Part shown: one piece after another, positions 52,896 through 54,669 of the stretch
How the letters are laid out: every line of letters starts with the position of its first letter
How positions within the stretch are numbered: position 1 is the first letter of the stretch
NCBI GenBank assembly: GCA_000934665.2
Contig: JYFJ02002568.1
Location: 1-54,669, forward strand
Origin: Catajapyx aquilonaris
Lineage: Eukaryota
Direction: 5' to 3'
DNA length: 54,669 nt
Program-made: the position numbers and the translations under genes
The notes under the pieces: model-generated
The model's database searches: none
What the model was told of the DNA's origin: nothing
The model's input: only the letters and a program-made list of their open reading frames with translations

Positions 52896-53280
52896 GGCAA
52901 ATTCACGTTGATCAGGATCAGACACACAATCAGTAGTACCTAATTACGATATATACACAAACGCAATTGTGCCACGAATTTATATAGTTAAAAGTAAAAA
53001 CTCTCGTATTGTGTAACTTAGCTATAGAGGTGAAGTTCACGTTTCTATAACAGGCACCAATATTTGAAGGCATTATTTAAATGCCCAACAGCTCACTTTA
53101 ATGTTCAGTAATTTGAGTGTCGATTAAAGGCAATTAAGCCTACATATTCACTAAAATATTTGAATAGGTTAACTTTGTTTCTAGTAATATTTATGGTGAA
53201 AATGGCAGCCCTGTATAGCTCACAAAAAATAACATTCCAATGAAATACTCGTGTTATCCTTGTCGATTATATTATGTGTA

Positions 53281-54085
53281 GGGGAGACCGGGGCACAGTG
53301 GTCCACTTTTGAACATTTGAATAATTTTTATACCTATGACACAGCCAATATTATCCGGCATGGTGGAGGTACTCATTGGTAATGTAAGTGACTAATATAT
53401 TCACAGGAAGTGCTATTCCTTTGGCTTAAAATGTTTTTAGAAGATGCCCGGTAGGCAAATGGAAGTGATTGGGACCCCGAATTCACACAAGAAGTAGGCC
53501 TACCGATATTATATTTTATTTTTTATCGACTACATCTAACCCTTCTAAATAAGCAGGAAATAAATAAAGGGACTTCTGTCACTGCAACCTGCGGACGCAA
53601 GTGAAACATCGTCTCTCTCCAGAAATTAGACCATGTCATACTTTAGCACATGAACTTTATTTCATACAGAGTCTGTCAAAACTATTTGCACATAAAACTA
53701 CGATGGCATAAAGTGCTGTACAGAGGCAAAAAGGTGCACACTGCTCCATGGACCACTGCACTGTGCCCCAGAGGGCAGCAACTGATATGATGTTATGAAT
53801 CGTAGCTTCCATTGCAAATGACCCTTTCCACTGAAATTTCTAGCATTTATGGACAAAGGATGGCACGGCCTGGCATGGCATTTAAACTGTGGGTTATAAG
53901 TTACAGCACTACCCTTCAAATAGATTTTCATTGATACAGCAGGATCGCAGGTATCTCACAGGTGGCTGTCATATTGGCAGGAAGCACAATAGTGACCTGT
54001 TTCATGAGGATGAAGCCATTATATCGGTTTTGTTATAGTTTTAAAATGGAAAGGACCACTGTGCCCCGGTCTCCGCCGTCTTCCC
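53281..54085. mobile_element. Non-autonomous DNA transposon (about 0.8 kb, TA-flanked, Tc1/mariner-pogo-like)
   Basis: The left end TA|ggggagaccggggcacagtggtcc is inverted at ggaccactgtgccccggtctcc (54053-54074), followed by ..ccc|TA. No transposase ORF. Confidence 0.75.
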
Positions 54086-54265
54086 TACTACAGATGCAAA
54101 GAAATTGATTAAGTACAGCAAAGAATTTGCAATGTAAAATGCATTCCTGTTAAAGTTCACTCCTCTCGAGTTTAGAAACAGTACGCAATGCCAACTAATG
54201 CGGTATATTGAGTGATAAAATACAGGCTTGATCTAGTAAAGTAGTGTACCTCCAGAAGAACCTCT

Positions 54266-54296
54266 ATACCACGTTGAAAGCACCGGTTCTCGTCCG
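54266..54296 (+). pseudogene. 5S rRNA 5' fragment
   Basis: ataccacgttgaaagcaccggttctcgtccg matches the 5' part of invertebrate 5S rRNA as I recall it. Similarity stops before box A/C, so it is not a functional gene. Confidence 0.7.
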
Positions 54297-54669
54297 GGTG
54301 CACTTGGCAACTCTTTTTTGTAAACTTCTGTTATTGGCCTATTGTCAGTGTTGTTAGCTCCTTCCAATCTATTAAAACATGCTTTTATCAATCCATTATT
54401 ATTTTATCCTATTTAAAAAACCATCTCTCTTGCACTGGGACTAATTGCATTGGCATGTGCATGTGCAATGTGCATGTATATGTATGTTATATATGGGTGA
54501 TTCTCCAAAAACTTACCAATACCATGTCCCGGCATAATAACTCAAAAATGGCTTGACTGAGAGAGTTGATATTTTAAGGTGGAAATGAAGCGACTTGCTA
54601 ATCAAATGAGAGTCTAGAATTGGAATGTTAATAAGAAGGGCTAAAATCAGGGAAACATACGCGACCGAT

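Noticed and set aside
52880..52943. Possible stop read-through or tail frameshift in the second GR
   Set aside because: The stop falls after the complete TM7 motif at a length similar to the paralog, and there is no read-through context.

Overview
Eukaryotic (most likely arthropod) nuclear DNA with many short 55-70 nt GT-AG introns. I assembled eight spliced or single-exon protein-coding genes by hand, all with consistent intron phases: NIM1K kinase (-), bifunctional LKR/SDH AASS (-), a small secreted Cys-rich DUF4787-like protein (+), DPH2 (-), intronless MESD/boca (+), ADSL (-), and two tandem gustatory-receptor paralogs (+). The genes from AASS to the first GR form a compact, strictly alternating-strand cluster. 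A gene-poor stretch of about 17.8 kb (12.6-30.4 kb) and the window edges hold several foldback/MITE-like inverted repeats, a three-copy tandem repeat, Helitron-like remnants and a 31-nt 5S rRNA fragment. The most notable leads are (i) a candidate frame-preserving 12-nt microexon plus 54-nt exon inside the longest intron of the AASS coding region, which would insert 22 aa into the SDH Rossmann fold; (ii) TISU/YY1-like 12-mers at the 5' ends of four consecutive genes; and (iii) near-perfect long hairpins. There is no CRISPR array, tRNA gene or intact autonomous transposon. All calls come from reading the sequence; no database search was run.
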